Shown: positions 21,601 to 33,588, counted from the first letter of the stretch. The stretch: DNA of 64,000 bases from an uncultured archaeon (GCA_963810275.1 CAWENF010000018.1:24187-88186); one strand, 5' to 3'. The notes: a model not told the origin generated them from the sequence alone. Numbers and translations: made by a program.

Positions 21601-23251
21601 AACAACCTCTCCACATGGGATGGATTCGATGGTGGAGCTTCAACTTCAAGTGTAAGCCCTTATGCTGGAACCTATCATCTTAGCAGCAATTTGTATTCGG
21701 GTGCTAATAATGGCTGGAGTGGAGTATACAAGAGCATTGCAGGAACAAACCCTGTATATCTTAGTGCATCTGTACAGTTTAATGCACCACCAAACACTGA
21801 CAATGAGGACCAATGGGCTTTATGTTTTAGTCAAAACACTGCGGGCAATGCCTTAGCATATGCTGGAGTTCGCCAAGTTAGCGGCACTTTGTATTGGACT
21901 ATATGGTATATCTCTAGTGGTAATACTTTTAATTATCAAGTATCCACTACCACTTACAGTAGTGGGTGGCATAACCTAAAGCTTGGGATCTATCGAGGCA
22001 CCTCTACTGACGGATGGGTTGAACTCTATATTGACGGTGCGTTGACTTGCTCAGTCCACAACCTAGACAATGCGGCCAGATCGCTTAATTATGTTAGGGC
22101 TGGATTTAGTTACTCTGATGCCCCCGCCTCATCTTCGACGACCCTTTACATCGATAACTTAATAGTGGACTCAACACCTACAACACCAACACCAACTGAG
22201 CATAGTCTAACAGTAAATGTGGTTGGTAGCGGCTCAGTGACCAAGAACCCAAATCAAGCCACCTATCAAGACGGGCAAACAGTTTCACTGACAGCCTCTG
22301 CTGGATCCAGCTACCAATTTACGGGCTGGAGTGGGGATTTGAGTGGAACGACCAACCCTGCCACCATAACTATGAATAATGACAAAACAGTAACAGCAAC
22401 CTTTGCACCTGTTCAACCATCATCATACACTTTATCAACTAGGCATTGTAGGTAGTGGTTCGATTAACAAAAATCCCGACTTAAACGCCTATGCCTCTGG
22501 CGCCGTGGTTTATTTAACTGCGGTTCCTGCTTCAGGTTGGAGCTTTACTGGATGGAACGGAGATGCATCAGGAACCAATCCCTCAACATCTGTTACCATG
22601 ACAAGCAACAAAGCTGTAACTGCAACCTTCACCTCTAATGGCGGTTCATTTTTTGACGATTTTGAGTCTGGCAATCTAGCCGCTTGGGATGGAAGCGACG
22701 GCGGAGCAACAACTTCAACTATTAGTCCTTATACGGGAAGGTATCATCTTGTTAGCAGTCTATCATCTGGCTACAATAATGGGTGGAGCGGAGTTTACAA
22801 AAGTATCTCTGGAACTAATCCTATCTATTTGAGTGCACAAGTCCAATTCAATAACCCCCAAAACACCGACAATGAAGATCAATGGGCGCTATGTCTTAGC
22901 CAAAACAATGCCGGCAATGCTTTAGCCTATGCAGGAATTCGTCAAGTAAATGGAGTACTCTACTGGACTATCTGGTACATCTCTAGCGGAAACACCTTTA
23001 CTTATCAAGTATCAAGCACAACCTATTCCTCTGGTTGGCACAATCTTGAGCTTGGAGTAAATCGCGGATCATCTGGCAGCGGATGGGTTGAATTATACGT
23101 CGATGGCGTCTTAACTTGTTCAGCTCACAACTTAGATAATGGTGATAGATCTCTCAATTATGCTCGTGTTGGCTTTAGCTACTCTGATGCTCCTTCAATA
23201 TCTTCCACAACGCTATACATAGATAGTGTCTTCGTTACTGATTCATCTTAG
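18660..23251 (+). CDS. Large secreted multidomain surface protein (FG-GAP/VCBS propeller, LamG, four InlB-B/Listeria-Bacteroides-type repeats, two duplicated beta-sandwich domains), split by frameshifts near 20770 and 22440
   Basis: Signal peptide; repeated DxDxDG motifs; GAYSFDG...WHHVVCTY...LEIYIDG...DEVRLY LamG motif; GSGSV.KNP...FTGWSGDL...MDSNK.VTATF repeats. The three ORFs join in register. Confidence 0.8.
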
Positions 23252-23503
23252 AAAGAAACTAATTTTACTCATTTTTTGAATTTGAATTCATAAAAAGCCA
23301 ACTTTGCATTATTAATATATTTTACAAGAAATTAGGTTCGGCATCTAATGTTGGATAGTTGTACAGGTTATATCCAACAAAACCTAATATTTCAATCTAC
23401 TCCGACTTCCTTGTCAAATATTTAGCCCTACTCAAAGCTATGTTCATCTATAAGATTTGACTATACGCTCGAGGCTGTAAAAGCAGAATCACAACTTGTG
23501 AGG

Positions 23504-24583
23504 CTATTTTTTTTGTCTTAGCGCCTTTGGGATATAGGCGCACCTAAGGTCTGAACCAAAAATGTCACCGGTGTAAAATAACGCCGCAGAACGACAGCCA
23601 CCGCATATGTCAAGGTACTCGCAGACACCGCATTTACCTTTTAGATTTCTCTTGTCCTTTACTTTGCTAAAGAAATCCGAATTTTGCATTCGATTCCAGA
23701 TTTCTTTCACTGTTTTATTTTTAATATTTCCAACGCGATATGTGTCGTTGTAGCTGCATGGTATGACATCGCCGTTTTCAGCTATGCTCATGAACTTGCC
23801 AAAAAAGCACCTTCCAAGGAAGAAGTTGTTGTACCATTCGTCGAAGTTTTGTATGCCACGTTGTTTGGCGACTCTGGCATAGAAGGGGATATAAACGTTA
23901 ATGCCTGGGGTGCCGTTGTATTTTTGCGTTAAATCAAAGAGCTTGTTGCATACCCATTCGTATTGCGCAGGCGTCAAATCCGCTTTAAGACACTGGGGGT
24001 CCCCACTGTAGGGTACAAATCCGTGGAAAACCACCCACCGCGCACCGTATTTTTTGGCGAGCTCCAGCACATGCACTATGTCCTCTTCGTTTGCGTTGGT
24101 CACATCATCTCGATTGGCAAAAGTGTAAACTAAAACGTTAAGCAGACCCTCTTTAGAAAAGCGCTCAATAGCAGCGACCGCCGCATCGTATGCGCCTTCT
24201 CCCCGAATAAAATCATTGTTTTTCTTTGCACCGTCAATGCTCACAGAAATCTTGGTCTTATTCTTAATTATGTGCTCTATAGCTTTCTCGTCAAGCAATC
24301 TACCGTCGGTTATGATGCTGGTGTTTAAACCTTTACTGACTGCATAGTCCAAAACTTCAAAGAGATCTTTTCGCTGAAAAGGCTGTCCACCTGTTACACC
24401 AAAAAAGCTTGCGCCAAACTCGCTGACTTGGTCAACGATTTGCATTGCTCCTTGTGTGTCTACCTCGTCAAGGAAAGCGGCTTTACCGGCCGAAACGCAG
24501 TGGGCGCAGTTAGCCTCACAGGCAAACGTACATCGCCACGGAACAATCAATAGTGGTCCCTTACTTGTCAAGCTCGAAATCAC
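23504..24583 (-). CDS. Radical SAM protein with SPASM domain (AhbC/D/PqqE-like)
   Basis: CEANCAHC; C...GDVIPC; KGKCGVCEYLDICGGCRS...C SPASM motif. Confidence 0.88.
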   Translation of the reverse strand: MISSLTSKGPLLIVPWRCTFACEANCAHCVSAGKAAFLDEVDTQGAMQIVDQVSEFGASFFGVTGGQPFQRKDLFEVLDYAVSKGLNTSIITDGRLLDEKAIEHIIKNKTKISVSIDGAKKNNDFIRGEGAYDAAVAAIERFSKEGLLNVLVYTFANRDDVTNANEEDIVHVLELAKKYGARWVVFHGFVPYSGDPQCLKADLTPAQYEWVCNKLFDLTQKYNGTPGINVYIPFYARVAKQRGIQNFDEWYNNFFLGRCFFGKFMSIAENGDVIPCSYNDTYRVGNIKNKTVKEIWNRMQNSDFFSKVKDKRNLKGKCGVCEYLDICGGCRSAALFYTGDIFGSDLRCAYIPKALRQKK

Positions 24584-24722
24584 CAGGGTATAATGCCATA
24601 AAGCATGTTTTTGGTATTTAACATTTCACAATAGAAAGGCTATTTGCATGTACTGTTGTTGATTCCGAGAATCAGAAATTTTAAATCTCAAAAGGATGCT
24701 TCCGTAGAGAGATGTGTGTGTT

Positions 24723-25133
24723 ATGGTTAAAGGATCAGCTAAACTTGTCAAAAATCTTCAGTTAATAACAGAAAACGGCAGAGGGCATAGCGTAACCTGC
24801 GACCTACCCGAATCACAAGGCGGAACCAACACGGGCCCAACCCCGCTGGAGCTGGCCTTAATGGGGCTTGCAGGCTGCGGAGTAGCCATATATGCTGAAG
24901 TATGCAAAAACAGTAAAATAGACCCCGGCAGCATCCAAGTTGACGTGGAAGCAACAAAAACCCTCGGTTCTCCCATCATAAGCGATGTAACAATGAAAGT
25001 AAATATTAAATCAAAAGTTCGGAAAGGCTTAGTTGAGGCGGCATGGCGCAGAACTGAAGCAAGCTGTCCAGTGATCTTGATTTACAAAGAACCATTGCCA
25101 GTAAAAGTTGAAGTGGATATAAAAGCCGAGTAA
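24723..25133 (+). CDS. OsmC/Ohr-family protein
   Basis: GGTNTGPTPLEL...LAGC and CPV. Confidence 0.88.
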   Translation: MVKGSAKLVKNLQLITENGRGHSVTCDLPESQGGTNTGPTPLELALMGLAGCGVAIYAEVCKNSKIDPGSIQVDVEATKTLGSPIISDVTMKVNIKSKVRKGLVEAAWRRTEASCPVILIYKEPLPVKVEVDIKAE

Positions 25134-25281
25134 CCGGCTTTTCCACCACCTTGAATAAAGATACGTATTTGTTGGAGCAAAATTGCTGATCAATCAACGT
25201 GACTTTAAATTTAAAGCCCTTTATTTGAGTGAGTAGCGACTATCTTAAACCTGAACTTCTGAAGTAAACTATTTCCACTGC

Positions 25282-26632
25282 TCAATAGTACTTTTCCGCA
25301 ATTTTTTTTGCTTCTTCATAGCTGTTTTCTTCTTTCTTTGTCGAGGTGTGGTTTTCCTCTCTTTCTGTAGTTCCTTCTTCTTTGGAGGATTTCCTCACAT
25401 TTTCTCCAACTTTCTTTTTTGCCTTTTCAATATAGCTTGTGAGATCCATTTCCTTGAGTACTTTTTCAGGTAATGTTTCGGGAGCATAAAACAAGGGTAG
25501 AGTTGCCATGAACAAGAAGAAAGCTGCGAAAGAAAATACTGTTTGCTCGGAAATAAGATTATTCTGGGCTAAGAAAGTTCCCAATGAGTCTCCAGTGAAG
25601 GTTGATAATAGGTAAGGCAAGACACCTATGAGATAATATTTTTCAGCGTGATTATTTTGTGCAATATCACCCCAAAGTGTAGCTATGAAAAGCATCGTGA
25701 AAGCCCCCCAAGCGATTCCGTCTACACATACATAAAACCATGCAACACCGTAGTTTTCGGGGAAAAGACCCAAAGTTGCATAACCTATGCCTAATAGTGC
25801 AAATCCCACTAGCGCTAAGCGTTTTCTGCCTTTTTTGTCAGCTATAAAACCGAAGGCTATTGCACAAATTCCAGCTATAACATTTGAAAGAATTATGTAG
25901 TTTTGTGAAAAAAAATAAGGAAACTCTGAAAACGAGTTCTTGATAACTATTGAGGTTAACTCGTTGATAAGCGCAAACATTAGCCATGGTACAATGAAAA
26001 GTAGAAAGGTGCGATTTTGAAAAATGGATTTATAGGATATTTTTTTGTTTGGTTCAGCTTGACTTTCAGGGCCTTTATAATTTAGAAGGAACAAACCGAT
26101 TAATAGCCATGTTATTAAAACAATAGGGGCAAGATATGTTTGGGAGGCGCTTATTGTAGTAAGCACCGTGACTCCTGTCACTATTAGGAGAATCAATGCC
26201 CCACCGAATTTTGCTCTGTTCTTTGGTTCAGTGCAAGCTGCGAAGAAGCCTGCAGCAATTGGCATTCCTGATCCGAAATAAGCTCCGGTTAATATACTTA
26301 GGATTAGCAGGATTGAATAATTTGAAATGAAGATTAGTACAAATAATGCTGATACTAGAAGACCTGCAAGGAGCCAGTATTTTAGCCATTTTTTCCTATT
26401 TTCAATTTTTTCTATTATGAAAGAAGCACAAAAAGCTGAAAAGATAAATGCCAAGAAGTTTAAGCCTATTAATATTTGAAAAATGTCACTGGAGATACTC
26501 ATTGGTGAGGATTGCTTCCTTTAAAAAATTAAAGGCAGTTAGATACCAGACAAAGGCGTTAGCTAATAAAAAGGTGCCAACTATTGCGTTTTTTAGATTT
26601 TTTGGTATTTCTTTATTGTCACTGTCTAGCAT
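25282..26632 (-). CDS. MFS-type membrane transporter; N-terminus frameshifted near 26505
   Basis: About 12 TM helices and GFIADKKGRK motif A. A short upstream ORF from ATG 26632 (…AIVGTFLLANAFVWYLTAFNF…) supplies the missing first TM helix. Confidence 0.7.
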
Positions 26633-26856
26633 AGCTACCGCATGCTGTTATTCTACACTCTACACGTAATTAAGATTAAAGTATTACCAAGCAGTATTAC
26701 AAGTTAATATCGGCAATTAACTTGTAGATCTGTCCAACAACCGCTAACTTTTTATGCATAATTGTACTACAATAATACACAAGGAAGGATTGAGAAGGCT
26801 TGAATAACAAAAAACTAACTAGAACTTTCGGCGGCTGGTAAGCGCACTTTCTTTTG

Positions 26857-27855
26857 CTATATTTCCATAGATAGTGCTTTAAGTATTACTGCTGCCTCTC
26901 TTCCTTTTTCATTCTCATTCAGTAAGGGATTTTCTACTAATTCTTTCACACTCATTTCATGTAACTCAGCCTTAAGATTCTTAACTTCGATAGAGTTCAA
27001 AACTTCTCGAGTTATTGAGGATATTGTGTTCTTCGATAATTTGCCCTTTTCCACAATAGCTTGAAAGTTTGCCCTAAACTTCCTATTTTGAAATGCACAA
27101 ATAACAGGGTAAGGAGGCATTTCATTGGCAAGTCTGCTTTTAAACTCATAGAAATTTTCAGTATCTAAAAACTCGTCCTTCATTGTAGCCAATAATCCTA
27201 TTACTCTGCCATATCGACTTATATTTTCCAGATCAGTTTCGTCTGCACCTGCGATTATTCCTCCAATCACGCATTGAAGTTCCGCCACTGTTGCTTTATG
27301 AGTTATTACTTCCAAGTATTGATCGGGTGCAACACAGGCTTTTTTCCATAGCTGGGTTTCAGTCGCTTCGGCTTCTGCTAGTTCATACATGGATCTTGTC
27401 ATCAAATTCGAAATTGAACTTCTCTGTTTTGCTTGGAAATGTTCTAATCCATTTTGAAGCAGTTCCATTCCTTGCATTAATAAAGCATCTCCAGCGAGAA
27501 GTGCAATGTTTTTTCCGTACTTGCCGACAAGGGTAAGTCGTCGGAATTTGCTTTTTGACCTGTCTATAATATCGTCATGGATGTCTCCTGACGCGGTTAC
27601 TAAGAGCATGGCTGGGCCAAGCGGCTTTGTGCCTTCAGGATTTCCGCCGACTAATTCACATGAAAGGTGCATTAGTGCCGGAAAAATCGGCAAAACTCTT
27701 GGAAATATCATGCGCGCATAATAATTAAGCGCTTCAGAAATTACTCCATCTCCGTATTTGTTTTCCAAAATTTGCTTTGAGGCTTCATTAAGTGCCAATT
27801 GACCCCGTTTATCTATAATATCTATGGCCAAGGCAGTAAGCGATTCTGATTGCAT
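26857..27855 (-). CDS. Polyprenyl diphosphate synthase-like protein (divergent)
   Basis: HDDIID...RR first Asp-rich motif, ALLAGDAL, KAT; second motif reduced to MKDEFLD. Confidence 0.75.
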   Translation of the reverse strand: MQSESLTALAIDIIDKRGQLALNEASKQILENKYGDGVISEALNYYARMIFPRVLPIFPALMHLSCELVGGNPEGTKPLGPAMLLVTASGDIHDDIIDRSKSKFRRLTLVGKYGKNIALLAGDALLMQGMELLQNGLEHFQAKQRSSISNLMTRSMYELAEAEATETQLWKKACVAPDQYLEVITHKATVAELQCVIGGIIAGADETDLENISRYGRVIGLLATMKDEFLDTENFYEFKSRLANEMPPYPVICAFQNRKFRANFQAIVEKGKLSKNTISSITREVLNSIEVKNLKAELHEMSVKELVENPLLNENEKGREAAVILKALSMEI

Positions 27856-28010
27856 ATGCGATATTACATTTGAATTCGTATTTGTAATTTTAGGTTAAAT
27901 AAAATGAAGGAAAATGTTCGTTGCCACTTTTTGGCTTTGTGATTTACCATCCACCGAATGTAACTGGTTTTGCTCTTTTTTTGTCCATTTTCTTCACCTC
28001 GTTATCTTAA

Positions 28011-28868
28011 TTATTCATGCAGTAGATATCCGTAAATCCAACCAAGCACTTCAGGCGTATCTATCCTGGTATGGTAGCTGACTCCGTTGCAGTTACTACT
28101 TGAAACGAACGCATTAAGCCCAACCACAATATCATCGTAGATGACAGGTCCTCCAGAATCGCCGAAAGATACTGCGCCTTTGCCTTGGCTGGGATTAGCA
28201 GTCAACTTCAAATATTGTTCACTGCCGCAGAAATTCGAAGGCACAAATTCGACTTGCGCGCTTAATTGAGCTATTTCACCGAACCAAGATTTTTGGAGAC
28301 CACTGTTTTTGGGTGTGGTTTGGGCTTGCATACCGTAGCCGATGATTGTTAGGTCGGTTTTGGCTTGGAGACTGTCAGTGAAACCTGCGGGTGGCAGCGG
28401 AGCAAACTTTGTCACTTCTTCTACGGGGCGGTCGAGGATTATTGCGCCAATGTCGCTTGTTTGGAACTCTTGGTTGCCAACTAATGTTGGGTTGTAGGGA
28501 AATTGTTCAGAAGCAGGGACCCCATTGTAGAGGGCATCATCATCTCCGTTGTAGATGATTTGGGCGTTTTTCACAGTGAAGCTTGGAGCTTGGTCGAAGC
28601 AGACGCTCACAGCTACGACACCGATTAGGCTGTGACCAGCGGTTATCATAACTGTGGGTGAGATCAGAAAGCCACTACAGTAGCCCTTGGGTATTGTTCG
28701 GTCAATGTCGGTAAATAAGGCAACTACCCCAACATATGGGGTTTGGTCGACTGTAGGATTGCCAGTTATGGCGGTTGCTGACCCCGCAAATAGTGTAATT
28801 GGAATAAGTAGGGGCAAAAGTGTTAGTACTGCTATTCTGTTAACTTTCAAGTCATGATACCCCTGCAC
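28011..28868 (-). CDS. Secreted trypsin-like (S1) serine protease
   Basis: Signal peptide; catalytic triad motifs TAGH, DIG, GDSGGP. Confidence 0.88.
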   Translation of the reverse strand: MQGYHDLKVNRIAVLTLLPLLIPITLFAGSATAITGNPTVDQTPYVGVVALFTDIDRTIPKGYCSGFLISPTVMITAGHSLIGVVAVSVCFDQAPSFTVKNAQIIYNGDDDALYNGVPASEQFPYNPTLVGNQEFQTSDIGAIILDRPVEEVTKFAPLPPAGFTDSLQAKTDLTIIGYGMQAQTTPKNSGLQKSWFGEIAQLSAQVEFVPSNFCGSEQYLKLTANPSQGKGAVSFGDSGGPVIYDDIVVGLNAFVSSSNCNGVSYHTRIDTPEVLGWIYGYLLHE

Positions 28869-29003
28869 ACTACATTGTTTCGCATGTCTTAATATTTAAA
28901 GAATATGAATTTCTATTATAAATCAGTGAACTGTAGAACAAAAATGCACATTCTAAGCCAGCAAGCAAAACTCTTAATAGCCAAGCCTTAATCAGTGGGT
29001 TTC

Positions 29004-31887
29004 ATGAGCCAAACCAAGCAAATGGAGCAGAAATGGCAAAAGCAGTGGGAATCAGCCCACATCTTCGAAGCAGACCCCGACCCAGCACGCCAAAAAAAAC
29101 TCGTAACCTTCCCGTTTCCATATATGAACGGACCCCTACATGTTGGGCACACGTTCACCGCTGCCCGAGTCGACGCTTACGCTCGCTTCAAACGTATGCA
29201 GGGCTACAATGTGCTTTGGCCTTGGAGCTGGCACTGGACTGGACAACCACTTCTGGGCGCTTCCCAACGAGTGTCACGAGGTGACGAAGCATATATCAAG
29301 GTGCTTCGAGAAGTCGATGGCGTCCCCGAATCTGAACTTAAAAAATTTGTTGACCCTCTTTACATGGCTCAATACTACACTAACGAAGGTCGCAAGGCAG
29401 TCAAAAGCGTGGGATTTAGTGTCGACTGGCGACGTGAATTCACCACGGTTTGGCCAACCTTCCAGAAGTTTGTGGAGTGGCAATACAAAAACCTCAAAGA
29501 GAAAGGATACGTCACTCGAGGCACGCACCCAGTTGTTTGGTGCCCAAAAGACAAGTCACCAACAGGCGACCACGATCGCCAATCAGGCGAGGGCATAACC
29601 CCAGAGGAGTACACGCTCATAAAGTACCACCTTAGTGACGGAACCATTCTCCCGGCGGCAACTTTTCGCCCCGAAACCGTCTACGGCATCACCAACATCT
29701 GGATAAACCCAGACGCCACCTACGTCGAAGCAGACGTCAACGGCGAAACATGGATAATCAGTCAAGAAGCCGCTGAAAAACTGAAAGAACAAGAACGTAA
29801 AATCACTGTGAAACGAAACTTCAAAGGTGTCGAACTTATCGGCAAAGTTTTCACTAATCCCGTCACCAAGCTGAAATTCCCCATTTTGCCCGGTTGGTTT
29901 GTTGACCCTAAAACGGCCACGGGCGTAGTTTACAGTGTACCCGCACACGCACCTTACGACTATTTGGCTCTACGTGACCTCCAGCAGAAACCTGACGTGT
30001 TAGCTCAGTTTAGTGTGGATGCGGAGATGGTTAAGGCGATTAAGCCTGTTTCAATAATCAATGTTGAGGGCTTTGGTGAGTGCCCTGCGGGTGAAATTGT
30101 AGAGAAGATGGGTATAAAAGATCAAAATGACAGCCGAGCTGACGAAGCCACCAAGGAGCTTTACAGAAAGGAGTTCCATAGCGGCACGCTCAAAGCCAAT
30201 TGCGCCCAGTACGCTGGCAAAACCATCAGGGAAGCCAAAGATGTATTGACTGCGGATTTCAAGAAGTCGGGCGTCGCCGATTCAATGTATGACCTTTCGG
30301 AGCAGGTGGTTTGCCGTTGCATGACCCAATGCCACGTCAAGGTCCTCTCGGATCAATGGTTCCTTGACTATTCTGACCCAAAATGGAAAGAACTCGCCCA
30401 TCAAGTTATCTCACAACTCACCATTTACCCTGACACTGCGAAGCCATGGTTTAACACCGTCATCAACTGGTTAAGAGAGTGGGCATGCGCCCGCACTACC
30501 GGCTTCGGAACGCCGCTGCCATGGGGAAACGGCTGGATAATCGAAACACTTAGCGACAGCACAGTTTACATGTCCTTTTACACCATAAACAAACACATAC
30601 GACAAAACAAAATCAAACCCGAATCACTCACACCGGAAGTCTTTGACTACGTTTTTTATGGCAGAGGCAATGACGCCGAACTCTCAAGAGCAGTAGGAAT
30701 CCCTTCGAACCTGCTCAACGCAATGCGGTCTGAGTTTCTGTACTGGTACCCGTTCGACTTACGCAACTCTGCGAAGGAACTGGTGCCAAATCATCTCAGC
30801 TTCTGCATTTTTCACCATGCCGCCCTCTTCCCGCCTGAGCACTGGCCTAAAGCCATAGGTGTCAACGGAATGCTCATGGTCGAAGGGACAAGGGATGCAC
30901 AAAAGCAAGGGCAACTTTATCACGATGAAAGGTGCAGTGGAGAAGTACGGTGCAGACGCCACCCGATGCGGTTTGCTTTTAGGTGCGGAGGGCATGGATG
31001 ATCCTGACTGGAGAGCCGACAACATCAATGATTTAAAATCTAAATTCGACTCCGTCATGGGCTTCGCAGGCACAATAATCACTTCAGCCAAAAAAGCAGA
31101 AGACACAGCTCTGGAACGGTGGCTTACAAGTCGCATGCAACAGCGAACCCAAGAAGTCACCACGGCATTAGAAGAGCTTAAAACACGTACAGCACTTCAG
31201 ACGGCGCTTTTTGAAACCTGGAACGACCTACGCTGGTACATTCAACGAAAAGGAAACATCGAAACCATTGTCTTAAGTGAAGCAGTCAAGACTTGGCTTA
31301 AACTTTTGGCTCCGTTTGCTCCGTTTATATGCGAGGAACTTTGGAGCCAAACAGGCGAAGCAGACTTCATCAGCATCGCCAAATGGCCCGTTTTCAACTC
31401 CGCCAAAGTTGATGTTGCAGCTGAGGAGCAAGAAAAATTGGTCACAGACGTTATGAGTGACACTAATAACATCTTAAAAGCCATGAAAATAGCGCCGAAC
31501 CACATAGTGTACTACTCTGCCGCCGACTGGAAATGGCAGGTATACCTCAAAGTCTTAGAAAAAACAATAGCTGGCGAAGCTAAAATCAACGAGTTAATGA
31601 AGGAATTTTCCTCCGACCCCAATCTCAAGTCACACATGAAAGACATTGCTCCCATGGTGCCTCGAGTCATCAAAGCTCTCACCAAAATATCAGTTCAACA
31701 CAAGACGAACATGGCAAAAATCGGTGTAGTCAACGAAAAACAAATTCTTGACTGCACTGTAGCTTTCTACAGAGACCGCTTCAACGCAGAAATCAGCGTC
31801 TATAGCGAATCTGACGAGCAGCGCTTTGACCCCAAACGCCGAGCCGCCATGGCAATGCCATACCAACCCGCAATCTATATTGAATAA
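29004..31887 (+). CDS. leuS: Leucyl-tRNA synthetase (archaeal type), one-base insertion near 30885
   Basis: FPFPYMNGPLHVGH (HIGH), DWRREFTT, ATFRPET, SVPAHAPYD editing domain. The KMSKS-like GMHKSKGN lies in the second frame; C-terminus AMPYQPAIYIE. Confidence 0.95.
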
Positions 31888-32007
31888 AATTCTTTTTCTT
31901 CTCACGCATTTTAGCTCCTTCTTTTACTTTATTTAGCATAAAACTGGTGGGCTCTTCGAAGATGCCCTTATATGGCAGACGGCGTATGCAAAGTTAAGTG
32001 TGCGCAC

Positions 32008-32559
32008 ATGAATTTTTGGCGTGACATCCCAACAGGGGACAACCCACCCGAACAGTTGAACATGGTAATCGAAGTTGCATCTGGCAAACGCGACAAGTAC
32101 GAGTACAGCATCAAATGGGAAGCCTTCGTGCTGGACCGAATTATCCCTTCCTCAGTAGTATTCCCTGTCGAGTACGGTTTTGTACCGCAAACATGGTTTG
32201 ACGATAACGACCCACTTGACATTATGGTTTTTAGCTACACACCCTTAACAACTGGATGCATCGTTAAAGTCCGGGTTATAGGTGCTTTAATTATCGAAGA
32301 CGAGGAAGGTTTAGATGCTAAAATCCTCTCGGTGCTGGTTAACGATGCCCGATTTGAAGGTGTGCGGGACATACCGGACATGCATGAGCATAGGCTTGTG
32401 GAGATTCAGGAGTTCTTTGAAACCTACAAGCGCCTCGAACCACACAAATGGGTTAAGGTGCGAGAATGGAAAAACGCTAAGGACGCCAAAAAAATCGTTG
32501 AGTACTCCATGGAGAAGTATCGAGAGTTGACTGAGAAACCGCCTGCAAATCACAAGTAG
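32008..32559 (+). CDS. ppa: Soluble inorganic pyrophosphatase
   Basis: KYEY, LDR, YGFVPQT, DNDPLD, DEEGLDAK, FFETYK. Confidence 0.93.
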   Translation: MNFWRDIPTGDNPPEQLNMVIEVASGKRDKYEYSIKWEAFVLDRIIPSSVVFPVEYGFVPQTWFDDNDPLDIMVFSYTPLTTGCIVKVRVIGALIIEDEEGLDAKILSVLVNDARFEGVRDIPDMHEHRLVEIQEFFETYKRLEPHKWVKVREWKNAKDAKKIVEYSMEKYRELTEKPPANHK

Positions 32560-32651
32560 ACGACTTATCGTTTGCTACTAGGCGTTAAAGGTAGCAGTGG
32601 TTTTTGGCAGGACTTGTGATAACGCGGACTGTTTTTTAAGTTTAACCTGTA

Positions 32652-32706
32652 TCAAATGGTGCAAATAACACGTTTTTTGTTACAGGTTTGTCGCAAAACT
32701 TATAAT
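32652..32706 (+). promoter_or_regulatory. Promoter of ncRNA copy 1 (upstream box plus BRE/TATA)
   Basis: TCAAATGGTGCAAA 79 nt and CGCAAAA-CTTATAAT about 32 nt before the predicted 5' G; spacing identical in copy 2. Confidence 0.6.
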
Positions 32707-32730
32707 TTACGTTGTACTATGGTGTTTATT

Positions 32731-32964
32731 GCGGGACAGGGAGCAAGCTTTAGAAGCAATTCACCAAGCACAGAAGCGCACCAGTAAAAACAGCGAAAAA
32801 CTGGTATGCGACAAAAACTTTGCTTAGGTGGGCTGAACCATTGCTTAATGTTGAATCATCGAAACCCTGATGCTCTGGCTATTAAGCAGTATAAGTAGCC
32901 TGAAGCGACCAACACAAGGTTTAGGTGGGCTGTATTCAGCAATAAGGCTCAGACCTGCCACCGC
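32731..32964 (+). ncRNA. Putative novel structured ncRNA, copy 1 (234 nt)
   Basis: Paralogous to 33589-33823 with compensatory changes in several helices; 5' and 3' ends pair; own TATA box; no conserved ORF. Confidence 0.8.
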
Positions 32965-33509
32965 TCTCGTTAAGCATGTGGAAAAATATTGGTGCCATGA
33001 CACCGTTTACTTTCCACTTTTTTTGTTATCCAAAAAACTCTTGCCTGATATTTTTGTTTTTCTGCGCTAATTTCTATTTTCTCTATGTGCATTTGGCGGA
33101 GGTTAGAAATCATAAGACAACTAAACTGGACTTTTTGACAGGTGATTTTCATGATTCTGACGGAGTGTTGCTGACCGCGTCTCACATTTCAAGCTGCATG
33201 GAAACGTAGTTATATAACGTGGAAACTTTGAGTGTGCTTTTTCTGCACAAGAGAGAATAGTAATCTAACAAAGCGCAATGTAGATCCGAAATAGCATGGT
33301 TCACTAACCAGTCAATGCATAAGAAAATATGAGCCTAAGCTGTAAACTGCCCCGCAGTTCTTTGACGCGAATACAACAACATCCTGGCCAAAACAACAGC
33401 TATATCCACCGAAATATTCTTCTTTTTGAAGAGATTTTCGAGGTGCAGCAATTTACGACTAGCTAAAGCTGGCTGTTTAGTTGGTCTTTTTGTGACTTGG
33501 CAGTTTGTC

Positions 33510-33564
33510 TCAAATGGTGCAAACAGCTATAATTTTGTATCCATTGTGTCGGAAAATTTATAGT
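33510..33564 (+). promoter_or_regulatory. Promoter of ncRNA copy 2
   Basis: TCAAATGGTGCAAA at -79 and CGGAAAA-TTTATAGT at -32 relative to G33589. Confidence 0.6.
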
Positions 33565-33588
33565 TTACATCAAACTGTAGGATATATT

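Noticed and set aside
28011-28868. Trypsin-like protease as partner of the Trypco-like operon
   Set aside because: It is 15 kb away and secreted, while the operon products lack signal peptides; no linkage evidence.
30859-31001. Programmed frameshift or naturally split LeuRS
   Set aside because: A single extra G in GAAGGGA with no slippery heptamer or stimulator, and many similar indels across the window, point to sequencing error.
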